Source of the DNA: an uncultured Rhodospirillaceae bacterium
GTDB taxonomy: Bacteria; Pseudomonadota; Alphaproteobacteria; UBA8366
DNA: 64,000 nucleotides
Assembly: GCA_964585785.1 (NCBI GenBank)
Contig: CAZPFL010000001.1
Coordinates: 70,097-134,096 of the forward strand
Direction of reading: 5' to 3'
The number at the start of each line of letters is the position of its first letter. Position 1 is the first letter of the stretch. Positions 1 to 8,724 of this stretch are shown piece by piece. The position numbers were made by a program, and so were the translations under genes. The notes beneath the pieces are model-generated. The model did no database searches and was not told the origin of the DNA. It saw only the letters and a program-made list of their open reading frames with translations.

Positions 1-201
1 AACAACGGTGATGGCGCTGCCGATCTGCCGGCTCGGCGTTTCGGTGCGCGTTGCGGTGACGACGGTTTCCGGCAGCAGCGTGGCGCTGCCGGGTGTCGTC
101 GCATCCTGGGCGAGCGCGGCGCCCGGCGCGAGCGCCAGCAGCACCGTCGTTGGCAGGATCGTCCGGAAGGGTCGTCCGGCTCGGCTGGGTCTGTCTTGCA
201 T
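1..201 (-). CDS. TonB-dependent outer-membrane receptor, N-terminal fragment (continues past the window start); probably cobalamin/BtuB-type
   Basis: Absent from the ORF track (67 codons, truncated by the window edge). The reverse complement from the ATG at 201..199 reads MQDRPSRAGRPFRTILPTTVLLALAPGAALAQDATTPGSATLLPETVVTATRTETPSRQIGSAITVV, which is a signal peptide followed by a TonB-box/plug start (ETVVTATR). It lies directly downstream of a cobalamin riboswitch. Confidence 0.7.
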   Translation of the reverse strand, partial: MQDRPSRAGRPFRTILPTTVLLALAPGAALAQDATTPGSATLLPETVVTATRTETPSRQIGSAITVV

Positions 202-394
202 CTCGATGGTCTCCGTCCGTTCTTGTTTTTGCCGAAGACGCAAGCGGACAGCCGGACGCACCACGGCCGTGACGCGGCCGAATGACCGATATCGAGAGAA
301 GGGGTCTCAGAAGGCGTATGACCCAACGACGACATCCCCGGCGGCCCTACCTGCGTTGACGCCACCACAACGGAGATCCGTCCCGCCGGTCTTC

Positions 395-605
395 CCGCCC
401 GCCGGTTGGGTGACGATGATCGATGGCAGGTCTCCTGGCTCGCGAGTCTTCGCCGGTCGTCCGGCCTTCCCGGGTTATCCCAGTGGCCGCGAAATGGACG
501 ACGGCTCGTCGCCTACAGTTGCGGGAGCAGCTACGGTTTTGACCTTCTGCGGAACGCCGCGTCGGGCCGCACCGTATTCCCTTTTCACCCCGTAAGGGGA
601 ACCAT
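395..605 (-). promoter_or_regulatory. Cobalamin (B12) riboswitch in the 5' leader of the TonB-dependent receptor gene
   Basis: The minus strand reads GGTTCCCCTTACGGGGTGAAAAGGGAATACGGTGCGG...GCCACTGGGATAACCCGGGAAGGCCGG...GAGCCAGGAGACCTGCC. The last block (plus-strand 425..441) matches the B12-box, and the other conserved core blocks are present. The boundaries are approximate. Confidence 0.85.
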
Positions 606-710
606 CAACGGCGGAAGCTTAGCGCTTTTCGGTGGGGACGCTCAACGGCGAAGATGCCGGAGCGCAGGGAAGCGGGAATTTCCGCTTCCCTGCGCGGTGC
701 ATGCGGCAGA

Positions 711-1265
711 TCAATAGGCCCAGGACGAGCAGACCGCGTCGCGTGCGGGCGCGGCGGATAGGCTCTCCGCCGCCGGATGCTGGCGGCGGAGCGCGGCGAT
801 CGGGCGCCGCCGGTCGGTCGATGGCTGATAGACGAGCGAGATTTCGGAAAGCGCGCGCGACCAGTCGGCCGCCTGCTTCTCGTCGGCCACCGCATAGGCG
901 TCGAAGCCGCAGCGATGCATGAACTGGAACTGATCGCGCAACACATTACCCACGGCGCGCAGCTCTTTCGTGAAGCCGTAACGCTCGCGCAGCAGTCGGG
1001 CATAAGAATAGGCGCGGCCGTCGCGGAAGGTCGGGAACGCGAGCGCGACGAGGTCGAGACGGTCGAGATCGTCGGCGATGAGCTGCGGCGGCTGGTCGGC
1101 GGCGAGCCGCACGCCGAGCTTGCCGTTGCGCTTCATCAAGGTCTCTCGCTGCTCCTTCCAGGTCTCATAGGGCACGAGCAGGAAATCCGCGTCCGGCACC
1201 GGCGCATCCGGCGCGGCTTCCGTCCAGGGGTCTTTGACGATCTGTCCGTTCTTAATGAGTGGCAT
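711..1265 (-). CDS. DUF934-family protein (sulfite-reductase-associated)
   Basis: The ORF 711..1325 was trimmed to the ATG at 1265 (MPLIKNGQIVKDPW...), which overlaps the cysI stop by 14 nt. The sequence and its position after cysI match the DUF934 pattern seen in proteobacterial cys operons. Confidence 0.75.
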   Translation of the reverse strand: MPLIKNGQIVKDPWTEAAPDAPVPDADFLLVPYETWKEQRETLMKRNGKLGVRLAADQPPQLIADDLDRLDLVALAFPTFRDGRAYSYARLLRERYGFTKELRAVGNVLRDQFQFMHRCGFDAYAVADEKQAADWSRALSEISLVYQPSTDRRRPIAALRRQHPAAESLSAAPARDAVCSSWAY

Positions 1266-2907
1266 AGAGGGTCTCCTTGAAGGGGGCGAGCCCGACGCGG
1301 CGATAGGTATCGATAAAGCTTTCACCGTTCTTCCGGATCTCCAGATAGGTCCCGACGATTGTCTCGACCGCGTCGACGATGTGATGCTCGTCGAAGGCGG
1401 GGCCGATGATGTCGCCGACCGCGGTGTTCTCGTCGGCGCTGCCGCCGAGCGTGACCTGGTAGAATTCGGTTCCTTTCTTGTCGACGCCGAGAATGCCGAT
1501 ATTGCCCACGTGGTGATGGCCGCAGGCGTTGATGCAGCCGGAGATGTTGAGCGTGATCCGGCCGATATCGTGCTGGCGGTCGAGATCGGCGAAGCGCCGG
1601 CTGATCTGCTGGGCGATCGGGATCGACCGGGCGTTGGCCAGGTTGCAGTAGTCGAGGCCGGGGCAGGCGATGATGTCGCCGATCAGCCCGACATTGGGCG
1701 TCGCCAACCCGTGCCGCCGCAGTTCCTGCCACAGCGCGTAGAGATCGCGCTGGCGCACGTCGGCCAGCACCAGGTTCTGCTCATGCGCGACGCGGAGCTC
1801 GCCGAAGCTGTAGCGGTCGGCGAGGTCGGCCACCGCCTCCATCTGCTCGGCCGAGGCGTCGCCCGGGATGCCGCCGTCCGGCTTGAGCGAGATCGTGACG
1901 ATGGCGTAACCCGGGACCTTGTGCGGGTGCATGCTGGTGCTGAGCCAGCGGGCGAAGGCGCGGTCGGCCAGACGCTTTTCGATGAAAACGGGATCGTTGT
2001 CGGCGAGATGTTCATAAGCCGGCGGCGCGAAATAGGCTTTGATACGCGCGACCTCGGCCTCGGGCAGGTCGAGCGCGCTGTCCTTGAGCGCCTGCCATTC
2101 CGCCTCGACCATATCCGTGAACGCGTCGATCCCGACGGTGTTGACCAGGATCTTGATGCGCGCCTTGTAGATGTTGTTGCGCTGGCCCAGCATGTTGTAG
2201 ACGCGCAGGATCGCCTCCAGATAGGACAGCAGATGCTGCTTCGGCAGGAAGCCGCGGATGCGCTTGGCGACCAAGGGTGTCCGCCCCTGGCCGCCGCCGA
2301 CGAAGATGTCAAAACCGGTCTCGCCGTCGTTATTCCGGACCAGCCCGATGCCGATGTCGTGCGTCTTGATCGCCGCGCGGTCGTGCGGCGCGCCGGTCAC
2401 CGCGATCTTGAACTTGCGCGGCAGGAAGCTGAATTCCGGATGCAGGGTCGACCACTGCCGGATGATCTCGGCGTAGAGACGCGGATCCTCGATCTCGTCG
2501 CCCGCGACGCCGGCGAATTGGTCGGCGGTGGTGTTGCGGATGCAGTTGCCGCTGGTCTGGATGGCGTGCATCTCGACCTCGGCCAGCTCGGCCAGCAGAT
2601 CCGGCACCTCGCTCAGCTTGGGCCAGTTGAACTGGATGTTTTGGCGCGTGGTGAAATGGCCGTAGCCCTTGTCGTAGCGTCGCGCGATATGCGCGAGCTT
2701 GCGCATCTGCCGCGAGGACAGCACGCCATAGGGAACGGCGACCCGCAGCATATAAGCGTGAAGCTGAAGATAGACGCCGTTCATCAGCCGCAGCGGCTTG
2801 AACTCGTCCTCCGTCAGCTCGCCGGCGAGACGGCGCCGCACCTGGTCGCGGAACTGCTCGACGCGCTCGGCGACAAGCCTGTGGTCGAATTCGTCATAAC
2901 GGTACAT
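1252..2907 (-). CDS. cysI: Sulfite reductase hemoprotein (nitrite/sulfite reductase family, siroheme/4Fe-4S)
   Basis: 551 aa. It begins MYRYDEFDHRLVAERVEQFRDQ..., contains the blocks RQNIQFNWP and RKFKIAVTG, and has the Cys cluster ACPGLDYC...SGCINACGHH typical of NirA/CysI. Confidence 0.9.
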   Translation of the reverse strand: MYRYDEFDHRLVAERVEQFRDQVRRRLAGELTEDEFKPLRLMNGVYLQLHAYMLRVAVPYGVLSSRQMRKLAHIARRYDKGYGHFTTRQNIQFNWPKLSEVPDLLAELAEVEMHAIQTSGNCIRNTTADQFAGVAGDEIEDPRLYAEIIRQWSTLHPEFSFLPRKFKIAVTGAPHDRAAIKTHDIGIGLVRNNDGETGFDIFVGGGQGRTPLVAKRIRGFLPKQHLLSYLEAILRVYNMLGQRNNIYKARIKILVNTVGIDAFTDMVEAEWQALKDSALDLPEAEVARIKAYFAPPAYEHLADNDPVFIEKRLADRAFARWLSTSMHPHKVPGYAIVTISLKPDGGIPGDASAEQMEAVADLADRYSFGELRVAHEQNLVLADVRQRDLYALWQELRRHGLATPNVGLIGDIIACPGLDYCNLANARSIPIAQQISRRFADLDRQHDIGRITLNISGCINACGHHHVGNIGILGVDKKGTEFYQVTLGGSADENTAVGDIIGPAFDEHHIVDAVETIVGTYLEIRKNGESFIDTYRRVGLAPFKETLYATH

Positions 2908-2912
2908 GGCGG

Positions 2913-3212
2913 TTACTCCGCGGCAGCCTGGTAGCCGAGGTCGGGGCGCACGCTGGGGCCGGCGGCGCGAATCGTCTCGCGCCGGCCAAGCGGCTGAATC
3001 CGTCCCTTCTCGATGCTGACGGCGAACAGGTAGGGATCGACGATGAGGCGGCGCTCAACGGCGCGCCGGGCGAGCTCCAGCAGCGTCTTGGCGAACTCGT
3101 CGGAGTCCGCGACGATTGCTTCCTGGATGCGCGGGCTCCATTGATCGTCCTCGCGCAGGTAGACGACCTGGCCGTCGACCAGGCGATTGGCGGTGATTGC
3201 CTGCAGGGTCAT
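2913..3212 (-). CDS. DUF2849-family protein
   Basis: 99 aa (MTLQAITANRLVDGQVVYL...). It lies between cobA and cysI, which is the usual DUF2849 position in alphaproteobacterial sulfite-reductase operons. Confidence 0.75.
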   Translation of the reverse strand: MTLQAITANRLVDGQVVYLREDDQWSPRIQEAIVADSDEFAKTLLELARRAVERRLIVDPYLFAVSIEKGRIQPLGRRETIRAAGPSVRPDLGYQAAAE

Positions 3213-3226
3213 GACAGATTTCCTCG

Positions 3227-4054
3227 TTACTCGGCGGCGGCCAGCGACCAGGCCGGCGCTATGTTGGCGGCCGCGGCGCGCACCACGTCGCCGATGATGA
3301 TCAGGGCGGGGCCGGTGATGCCGTTGGATTCGATCAGGCTCTCGAGCGTGATCAGCGTGCCGATGACGGTCTTCTGCGTCGGCAGCGTGCCGTTCTCGAC
3401 CACCGCGACCGGCGTCGTCGCTGCCATGCCGTTGCCGATGAGGCGGCGCGCGACCGTGCCGGCGGTCGACACGCCCATATAGACGACCAACGTCTGGCGG
3501 CCGGTCGCGAGGCCGGCCCAGTCGAGGTCGGGCTCACCATCCTTCGCGTGTCCGCTGACGAAGGTGACAGCGGTGGCGTGGTCGCGATGGGTTAGCGGGA
3601 TGCCGGCGAAGGCGGCGCAGCCCGTCGCTGCGGTGATGCCGGGAACGATCTCGACGGGGATGCCGCGGGCCAGCAGATAGTCCATCTCCTCGCCGCCGCG
3701 GCCGAACACGAAGGGATCGCCGCCCTTCAGTCGGACCACGCGGCGGCCCGCCGCGGCATGGGCGGCCATCAGCGCGTTGATTTCGCCTTGCGGCCGGCTG
3801 TGATTGGCTTTCGCCTTGCCGACATAGACCAGCTCGGCGCCGGGCCGCGCGAAATCGAGAATCTCAGGGCCGATCAGCCGGTCGTGGAAGACGACATCGG
3901 CCTGACGCAGCAGCTTGAGGGCACGAAGCGTCAGCAGGTCGGCGTCGCCGGGACCAGCGCCGACGATATGGACGATGCCCTGGCCGGGGCTGGCCGGCCG
4001 GTTGCTTGATAAGTTGCTCAACGCACCTGTCTCCTCGTGCCGCAAGCCGACCAT
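3227..4054 (-). CDS. cobA: Uroporphyrinogen-III C-methyltransferase (siroheme synthesis)
   Basis: It contains VGAGPGDADLLTLRALKLL, LKGGDPFVFGRGGEE and VPGITAA (SUMT motifs). The ORF 3227..4156 was trimmed to the internal ATG at 4054, and that start is uncertain. Confidence 0.85.
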   Translation of the reverse strand: MVGLRHEETGALSNLSSNRPASPGQGIVHIVGAGPGDADLLTLRALKLLRQADVVFHDRLIGPEILDFARPGAELVYVGKAKANHSRPQGEINALMAAHAAAGRRVVRLKGGDPFVFGRGGEEMDYLLARGIPVEIVPGITAATGCAAFAGIPLTHRDHATAVTFVSGHAKDGEPDLDWAGLATGRQTLVVYMGVSTAGTVARRLIGNGMAATTPVAVVENGTLPTQKTVIGTLITLESLIESNGITGPALIIIGDVVRAAAANIAPAWSLAAAE

Positions 4055-4306
4055 CCGGGACCGGCTGAAAAAAAAGCTCCGCCGCGGCCGAATGCCGGGC
4101 AGAGCCCCATTCGCTTTAGCCGCATTTCTAAAGCGCCCGCAATCTGAAGCGTTCAAATCGGCGCTAGAGCTTAATTAACATTTGTTTCTGGGGTGGTCAA
4201 TAAAAACACATTTTAATCACGGATTATTTATATTTCACACTATTTTACAGCTAAATCGTAAAACAATTACCGAATATGTTTAAGATGCAATGGGTTAATC
4301 TCTAAT

Positions 4307-5722
4307 TTAGGCGGCCGGCAAACTGAGCGGAAGCGCGGGAAAGCACATGCGGACCCGGAGGCCGGGCTCGTTATCTTCCAGGATAAGCGCCGCGTCGTGC
4401 AGCCGGGCCGTCGCCGCGACGACACTCAGGCCAAGCCCGCTGCCGCGCGTGCTGCGGCTCTGGTCGAGGCGGGCGAAGCGCTCGAGCACGCGGCCGCGGA
4501 ACTCGACCGGAATGCCGGGCCCGGTATCGCTCACCTGGATCTCCGGCCGACCGTCCCCGTCGATGCGCGCCGACAGCCGGATCGTTCCGCCGGCCGGCGT
4601 ATGTTTCAGGGCATTGTCCAGCAGGTTGGCGATCGCTTGGGACAGCAGGTTGCGGTCGCCCATCGTCGCCGGCGCGCCTTCGACTTCGACTTCGAGGCGC
4701 TGACCCAGCTCTTCGGCGGCGGCCTGGTAGAGATCCGCCGCATCGCGCACCAGGGCGGCGAGATCGAGATGCTCGAACTTTTCGCGTAGTGCGCCCGATT
4801 CGGCGAGCGCGATCGAAAGCAGCGCGTTGAAGGTCTCGAGGATGGTGTCCGCCTCCTCGATCGTCTTCTCCAGCGCGGCGCGGTATTTCACGGGGTCCGG
4901 CTTGTCCATCAGGGTGAGCTCGAGCCGGCTGCGGAGCCGCGAGATCGGGCTCCGCAGATCGTGCGCGATGTCGTCCGCTACGCCACGCATGCCGTCCATC
5001 AGCCGGCCGATCTGGTCGAGCATCTCGTTCAGGTTCTGTGCCAGCTGATCGTACTCGTCGCCGCTGCCCGTGACCGGCATACGCTGCTTGAGGTCGCCGT
5101 GCAGGATGGCGTGGCTGCTCTGGTTGATCGCGTCGAGCCGGCGAAGGAAATTGCGGCTCAGCAGCAGCCCGCCGCCGAGGCCGAGCGCAATGGTGATCAC
5201 GAGCGCCCAGAACAGGGCTTCGGTAATTGTCTCGCGGAACTCGGCGCGCTCGGTCAGGTCGCGGCCGACGAGGAGGTGGAAACCTCCCGGCAGGCGGAAG
5301 GTGCGGGCGCGGGCGATCTGCGGCACGCCCCCGGGCGATTTCGTATGCTGAATACGGAAGTCGACCCAGCGCGGATCGCCCTGCGCTTCCTGCGGCCAAC
5401 GGGTCAGGTTGCCCGCGAGCGGGGTCAGCAGCGGGTCCACCAGCAGGTAGAGGCCGCGCCGCCGCGTCTCGTCCTTGCTGCGCGCACGGATGATCTCGAC
5501 CAGCCCCAGCAGCCCGCGCTCGGCATATTGCTCCTCGAGCCCGGCGATCTCCGCCTGGATCGTGGCGTCGCTCTGGGAATCGATGACGCTGACGGTGCTC
5601 CAGTACACAAAGGCGAGCACGCCGCAGACCGAGACGCCGAACACTACCATGTAGAGAACGGCATAGCGGAAGGTCGAGGTACGGAGAAGCCTAGTCTGGG
5701 GCACGAAGGCAGTACCCCGCAC
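4307..5722 (-). CDS. Sensor histidine kinase (two TM segments, HAMP, HisKA, HATPase_c)
   Basis: It has the H-box HDLRSPISRL, the N-box LLDNALKHTP, G1 DTGPGIP and G2 GSGLGLSVV. It overlaps the upstream response-regulator stop. The start could be the ATG at 5722 or the GTG at 5704. Confidence 0.85.
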   Translation of the reverse strand: MRGTAFVPQTRLLRTSTFRYAVLYMVVFGVSVCGVLAFVYWSTVSVIDSQSDATIQAEIAGLEEQYAERGLLGLVEIIRARSKDETRRRGLYLLVDPLLTPLAGNLTRWPQEAQGDPRWVDFRIQHTKSPGGVPQIARARTFRLPGGFHLLVGRDLTERAEFRETITEALFWALVITIALGLGGGLLLSRNFLRRLDAINQSSHAILHGDLKQRMPVTGSGDEYDQLAQNLNEMLDQIGRLMDGMRGVADDIAHDLRSPISRLRSRLELTLMDKPDPVKYRAALEKTIEEADTILETFNALLSIALAESGALREKFEHLDLAALVRDAADLYQAAAEELGQRLEVEVEGAPATMGDRNLLSQAIANLLDNALKHTPAGGTIRLSARIDGDGRPEIQVSDTGPGIPVEFRGRVLERFARLDQSRSTRGSGLGLSVVAATARLHDAALILEDNEPGLRVRMCFPALPLSLPAA

Positions 5723-6368
5723 CCCGGACGGTCTGCAGCATCGGCCGGTCGAAACCTTTGTCCAGCTTTTGCCGCAGTCGGCTGATCTGCACGTCGATCA
5801 CGCCGGTCTTGGGATCGAAATGATAGTTCCACACCTGCTCGAGCAGCATGGTCCGGGTGACGACCTGGCCGGAATGGCGCATCAGGAATTCCAGGATCTG
5901 GAATTCGCGGGGCAGGAGGTCGATCGGCTGTCCGGCCCGCGCGACGGTGCGGGACAGGAGGTCCATCTCGAGGTCGCCGACCCTGATCCGGGTCTCGGTC
6001 GGCGCCGTCTGGCCCCGCCGCAGCAGCGATTCCAGGCGCGCGTGCAGCTCGGAAAACGCATAGGGCTTGGTGAGATAGTCGTCTCCACCGGCGCGCAGGC
6101 CCTTGACCCGGTCGTCGACGCGGTCCATGGCGCTCAGGATCAAGACCGGCGTGGCGTTGCCCTCCTTGCGCAGCAGCTCGACGATATGGAGGCCGTCCAT
6201 GCCCGGCAGCATGCGGTCGACGATCATCGCGCTGTAGGGCTCGGTCGTTGCCAGGTGGAGCCCGTCGGGTCCGTTGGCTGCATGGTCGACCACGAAGCCG
6301 CACTCCTTCAGCCCCTTGGCCAGGAAAGCCGCCGCCTCGGCATCGTCTTCGATGAGCAGAATCCTCAT
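5691..6368 (-). CDS. OmpR/PhoB-family response regulator
   Basis: 225 aa. The receiver domain is MRILLIEDD...DRMLPGMDG...TKP, and the C-terminal winged helix is LLPREFQILEFL...RGAGY. Confidence 0.9.
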   Translation of the reverse strand: MRILLIEDDAEAAAFLAKGLKECGFVVDHAANGPDGLHLATTEPYSAMIVDRMLPGMDGLHIVELLRKEGNATPVLILSAMDRVDDRVKGLRAGGDDYLTKPYAFSELHARLESLLRRGQTAPTETRIRVGDLEMDLLSRTVARAGQPIDLLPREFQILEFLMRHSGQVVTRTMLLEQVWNYHFDPKTGVIDVQISRLRQKLDKGFDRPMLQTVRGAGYCLRAPD

Positions 6369-6622
6369 AGTTCGGGGTCACATCCTTCCCGCCGGCCGCG
6401 CTCTCCCGATTCGCGCCGGCTTACGCGTAATAGATGCGCAGCCTGGTACGATTTCGCAAGAAGAAGCGGCATATGGGGCAAAAGGCATGTGTGACAGGGC
6501 GAAATCATCCGGCTATTGTGCGGGCATCTCCGCTCGGCCGGATGCAGCGGCGGTCTAGGCCGCGCAGGCGCCGGGCAACCCCAACCGACGTTCCGGAACC
6601 ATTAAGAAGCAAGGAGGAAGCG

Positions 6623-7645
6623 ATGGCTGACATGCAGTTCGGCCTGATGACGCGGGCCCAGTTCCCGGCGGAAGACGACATGCAGGTCCGGTTCCGCGAG
6701 CTGATGGAGCAGGCGCGGCTCGCCGATAAGCTCGGCTATGCCAGCATTACCAATGGCATGCACTACAGCTCGGCCCCCTTCCAGGATTTCCAGCAGCTTC
6801 CTTTCCTGTCCCGCGTCATGGCCGAGGCGCCCAACCTGCGGCTCAACTTCGGCATTATCCTGCTCTCGCTGCACAAGCCGCTCGACATCGCCGAATCGCT
6901 CGCCACCGTCGACGTGATGAGCGGCGGCCGGGTGATCTTCGGCGCGGCATTAGGCTACCGCGAGGTCGAGTTCCTCGCCTTCGGCACCACGGCGAAGGAG
7001 AAGGTCAAGCGCTTCGAGGAAAACCTGATCGCGATCAAGCGGCTGTGGACCGAGGACGTGGTCAACATGAAGGGCTCGCATTTCGAGCTGAAGGACGCCT
7101 CGGCGGCAACCAAGCCCATCCAGAAGCCGCATCCGCCAATCTGGATCGGCGCCAACGCGGATCCGGCGATCAAGCGGGCGGCGCGCATGGGCGATTGCTG
7201 GTACGTCAATCCGCACAACCGCACCGATACGATCATCCGCCAGACCGAGGTCTACAAGCGCGCGCTGGACGAAGCGGGCAAGCCCTTCCCGAAGGAATTT
7301 CCGGGACGGCGCGAGGTTTTCGTCGCCAGCTCGCGGGAAGAGGCGGTCCGGCTTTGCAAGCCCTTCCTCGCGAAGAAGTACAAGGCCTATCACGAGTGGG
7401 GCCAGGACAAGGTCATGCCGGAAGGCGACAACGATCTCGGCCAGGATTTCGACGAGCTGGTGCGCGACCGCTTCTTTGTCGGCTCGCCCGACGAAGTCGC
7501 CCAGCAGATCCTCGACTTCAACAAGGCGACCGGCATCAACCATCTGATCATGAGCATGCAATGGCCCGGCATGCCGCAGAGCCTGGTGCTGGACACCATT
7601 ACCATGATGGCCGAGGAGGTTTTCCCGCGCGTCCGCAAGGGATAG
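6623..7645 (+). CDS. Luciferase-like (LLM class) flavin/F420-dependent oxidoreductase, paralog 1
   Basis: The ORF 6434..7645 was trimmed to the ATG at 6623, preceded by AAGGAGGAAGCG. The start MADMQFGLMTRAQFPAEDDM aligns with the N-termini of the other paralogs. Confidence 0.85.
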   Translation: MADMQFGLMTRAQFPAEDDMQVRFRELMEQARLADKLGYASITNGMHYSSAPFQDFQQLPFLSRVMAEAPNLRLNFGIILLSLHKPLDIAESLATVDVMSGGRVIFGAALGYREVEFLAFGTTAKEKVKRFEENLIAIKRLWTEDVVNMKGSHFELKDASAATKPIQKPHPPIWIGANADPAIKRAARMGDCWYVNPHNRTDTIIRQTEVYKRALDEAGKPFPKEFPGRREVFVASSREEAVRLCKPFLAKKYKAYHEWGQDKVMPEGDNDLGQDFDELVRDRFFVGSPDEVAQQILDFNKATGINHLIMSMQWPGMPQSLVLDTITMMAEEVFPRVRKG

Positions 7646-7681
7646 CCTGACCGGCTAAAGAATGAAGAGGTACCCGACCGA

Positions 7682-8707
7682 ATGAAGAAAATGCAGTTTG
7701 GCGTGATGCTGCGCGGCGTGTTTCCGCAGGGCGACGACATGCGGATCCGCTTCGAGGAGCTCATGGAGCAGGCCCGGCTGATGGAGAAGCTGGGCTACGA
7801 CTCGCTGACCAAAGGCTCGCACTTCTCCACCTATCCGATGCAGGAGATGGTGCAGATCCCGTTCCTCAGCCGGGTCATGGCCGAATGCCCGAGCCTTCGG
7901 CTCAACGCCGGCATCGTCCTGCTCGCGCTGCACAAGCCGCTCGAGGTCGCGGAGAACTTCGCGACGATGGATTTGATGTCGAACGGCAAAATGATCTTCG
8001 GCTGCGCGCTCGGCTACCGCGACGTCGAGTTCAAGGGCTTCGGAATCGAGCGCAAGGGCGCGGTCCGCCGGTTCGAGGAGAATCTGGAGGCGATCAAGCG
8101 GCTGTGGACCGGCGGCCCGGTGACCATGAAAGGCTCGCATTTCGAGCTGGACGAAGCGCGCATCAGCGTCCCGCTGGTGCAGCAGCCGCATCCGCCGATC
8201 TGGATGGGCGCCAATGCCGATAAGGCGGTCGAGCGCGCGGCTCGGCTCGGCGACTGCTGGTATCTCAACCCGCATCAGCGGCTCGACACCTTCCAGCGCC
8301 AGATCGAGATCTACAAGCGGACGCTCGACGCCTGCGGCAAACCCTTTCCCAAGGAGCTGCCGATGCGGCGCGAGGTGTTCTGCGCGCCGACGCACGAGGA
8401 GGCGGTGCGCATCGCCGGTCCCTTCCTCAAGAGCATGTACGAGGCCTACGAGGAATGGGGCCAGGACAAGGTCATGGCCGAAGGCGACAACGACATCAGC
8501 ATGCGCTACGAGGAGCTTGCCAAGGACCGTTTCATCGTCGGCTCGCCCGACGAGGTGGCCGAGGAGATGCTGCGCTATCATAAGCTGCTCGGCGTGAACC
8601 ACATCATCATGAGCGTGCAGGGCACCGGGCTGCCGCAGAGCCAGGTGCTGGAGACCTTCGAGCTGATGGCAAAGGAGGTCTTCCCGAAAGTGCAACAGGG
8701 CATGTGA
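7682..8707 (+). CDS. Luciferase-like (LLM class) oxidoreductase, paralog 2
   Basis: 341 aa, MKKMQFGVMLRGVFPQGDDM..., with the same conserved blocks as paralog 1. Confidence 0.85.
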   Translation: MKKMQFGVMLRGVFPQGDDMRIRFEELMEQARLMEKLGYDSLTKGSHFSTYPMQEMVQIPFLSRVMAECPSLRLNAGIVLLALHKPLEVAENFATMDLMSNGKMIFGCALGYRDVEFKGFGIERKGAVRRFEENLEAIKRLWTGGPVTMKGSHFELDEARISVPLVQQPHPPIWMGANADKAVERAARLGDCWYLNPHQRLDTFQRQIEIYKRTLDACGKPFPKELPMRREVFCAPTHEEAVRIAGPFLKSMYEAYEEWGQDKVMAEGDNDISMRYEELAKDRFIVGSPDEVAEEMLRYHKLLGVNHIIMSVQGTGLPQSQVLETFELMAKEVFPKVQQGM

Positions 8708-8724
8708 CGGAAGGAACGGGACAG

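Noticed and set aside
6444-6458. Sigma-54-like motif TGGTACGATTTCGCA upstream of the LLM array. A second one, TGGCACGGGCTGGCA, lies at 18457-18471 upstream of the secreted-protein gene.
   Set aside because: In both, the GG and GC dinucleotides are one nucleotide closer than in the consensus TGGCAC-N5-TTGC, and sigma-54 promoters tolerate spacing changes poorly. The adjacent response regulator is also OmpR-type, not an NtrC-type bEBP. I kept these only as a note.
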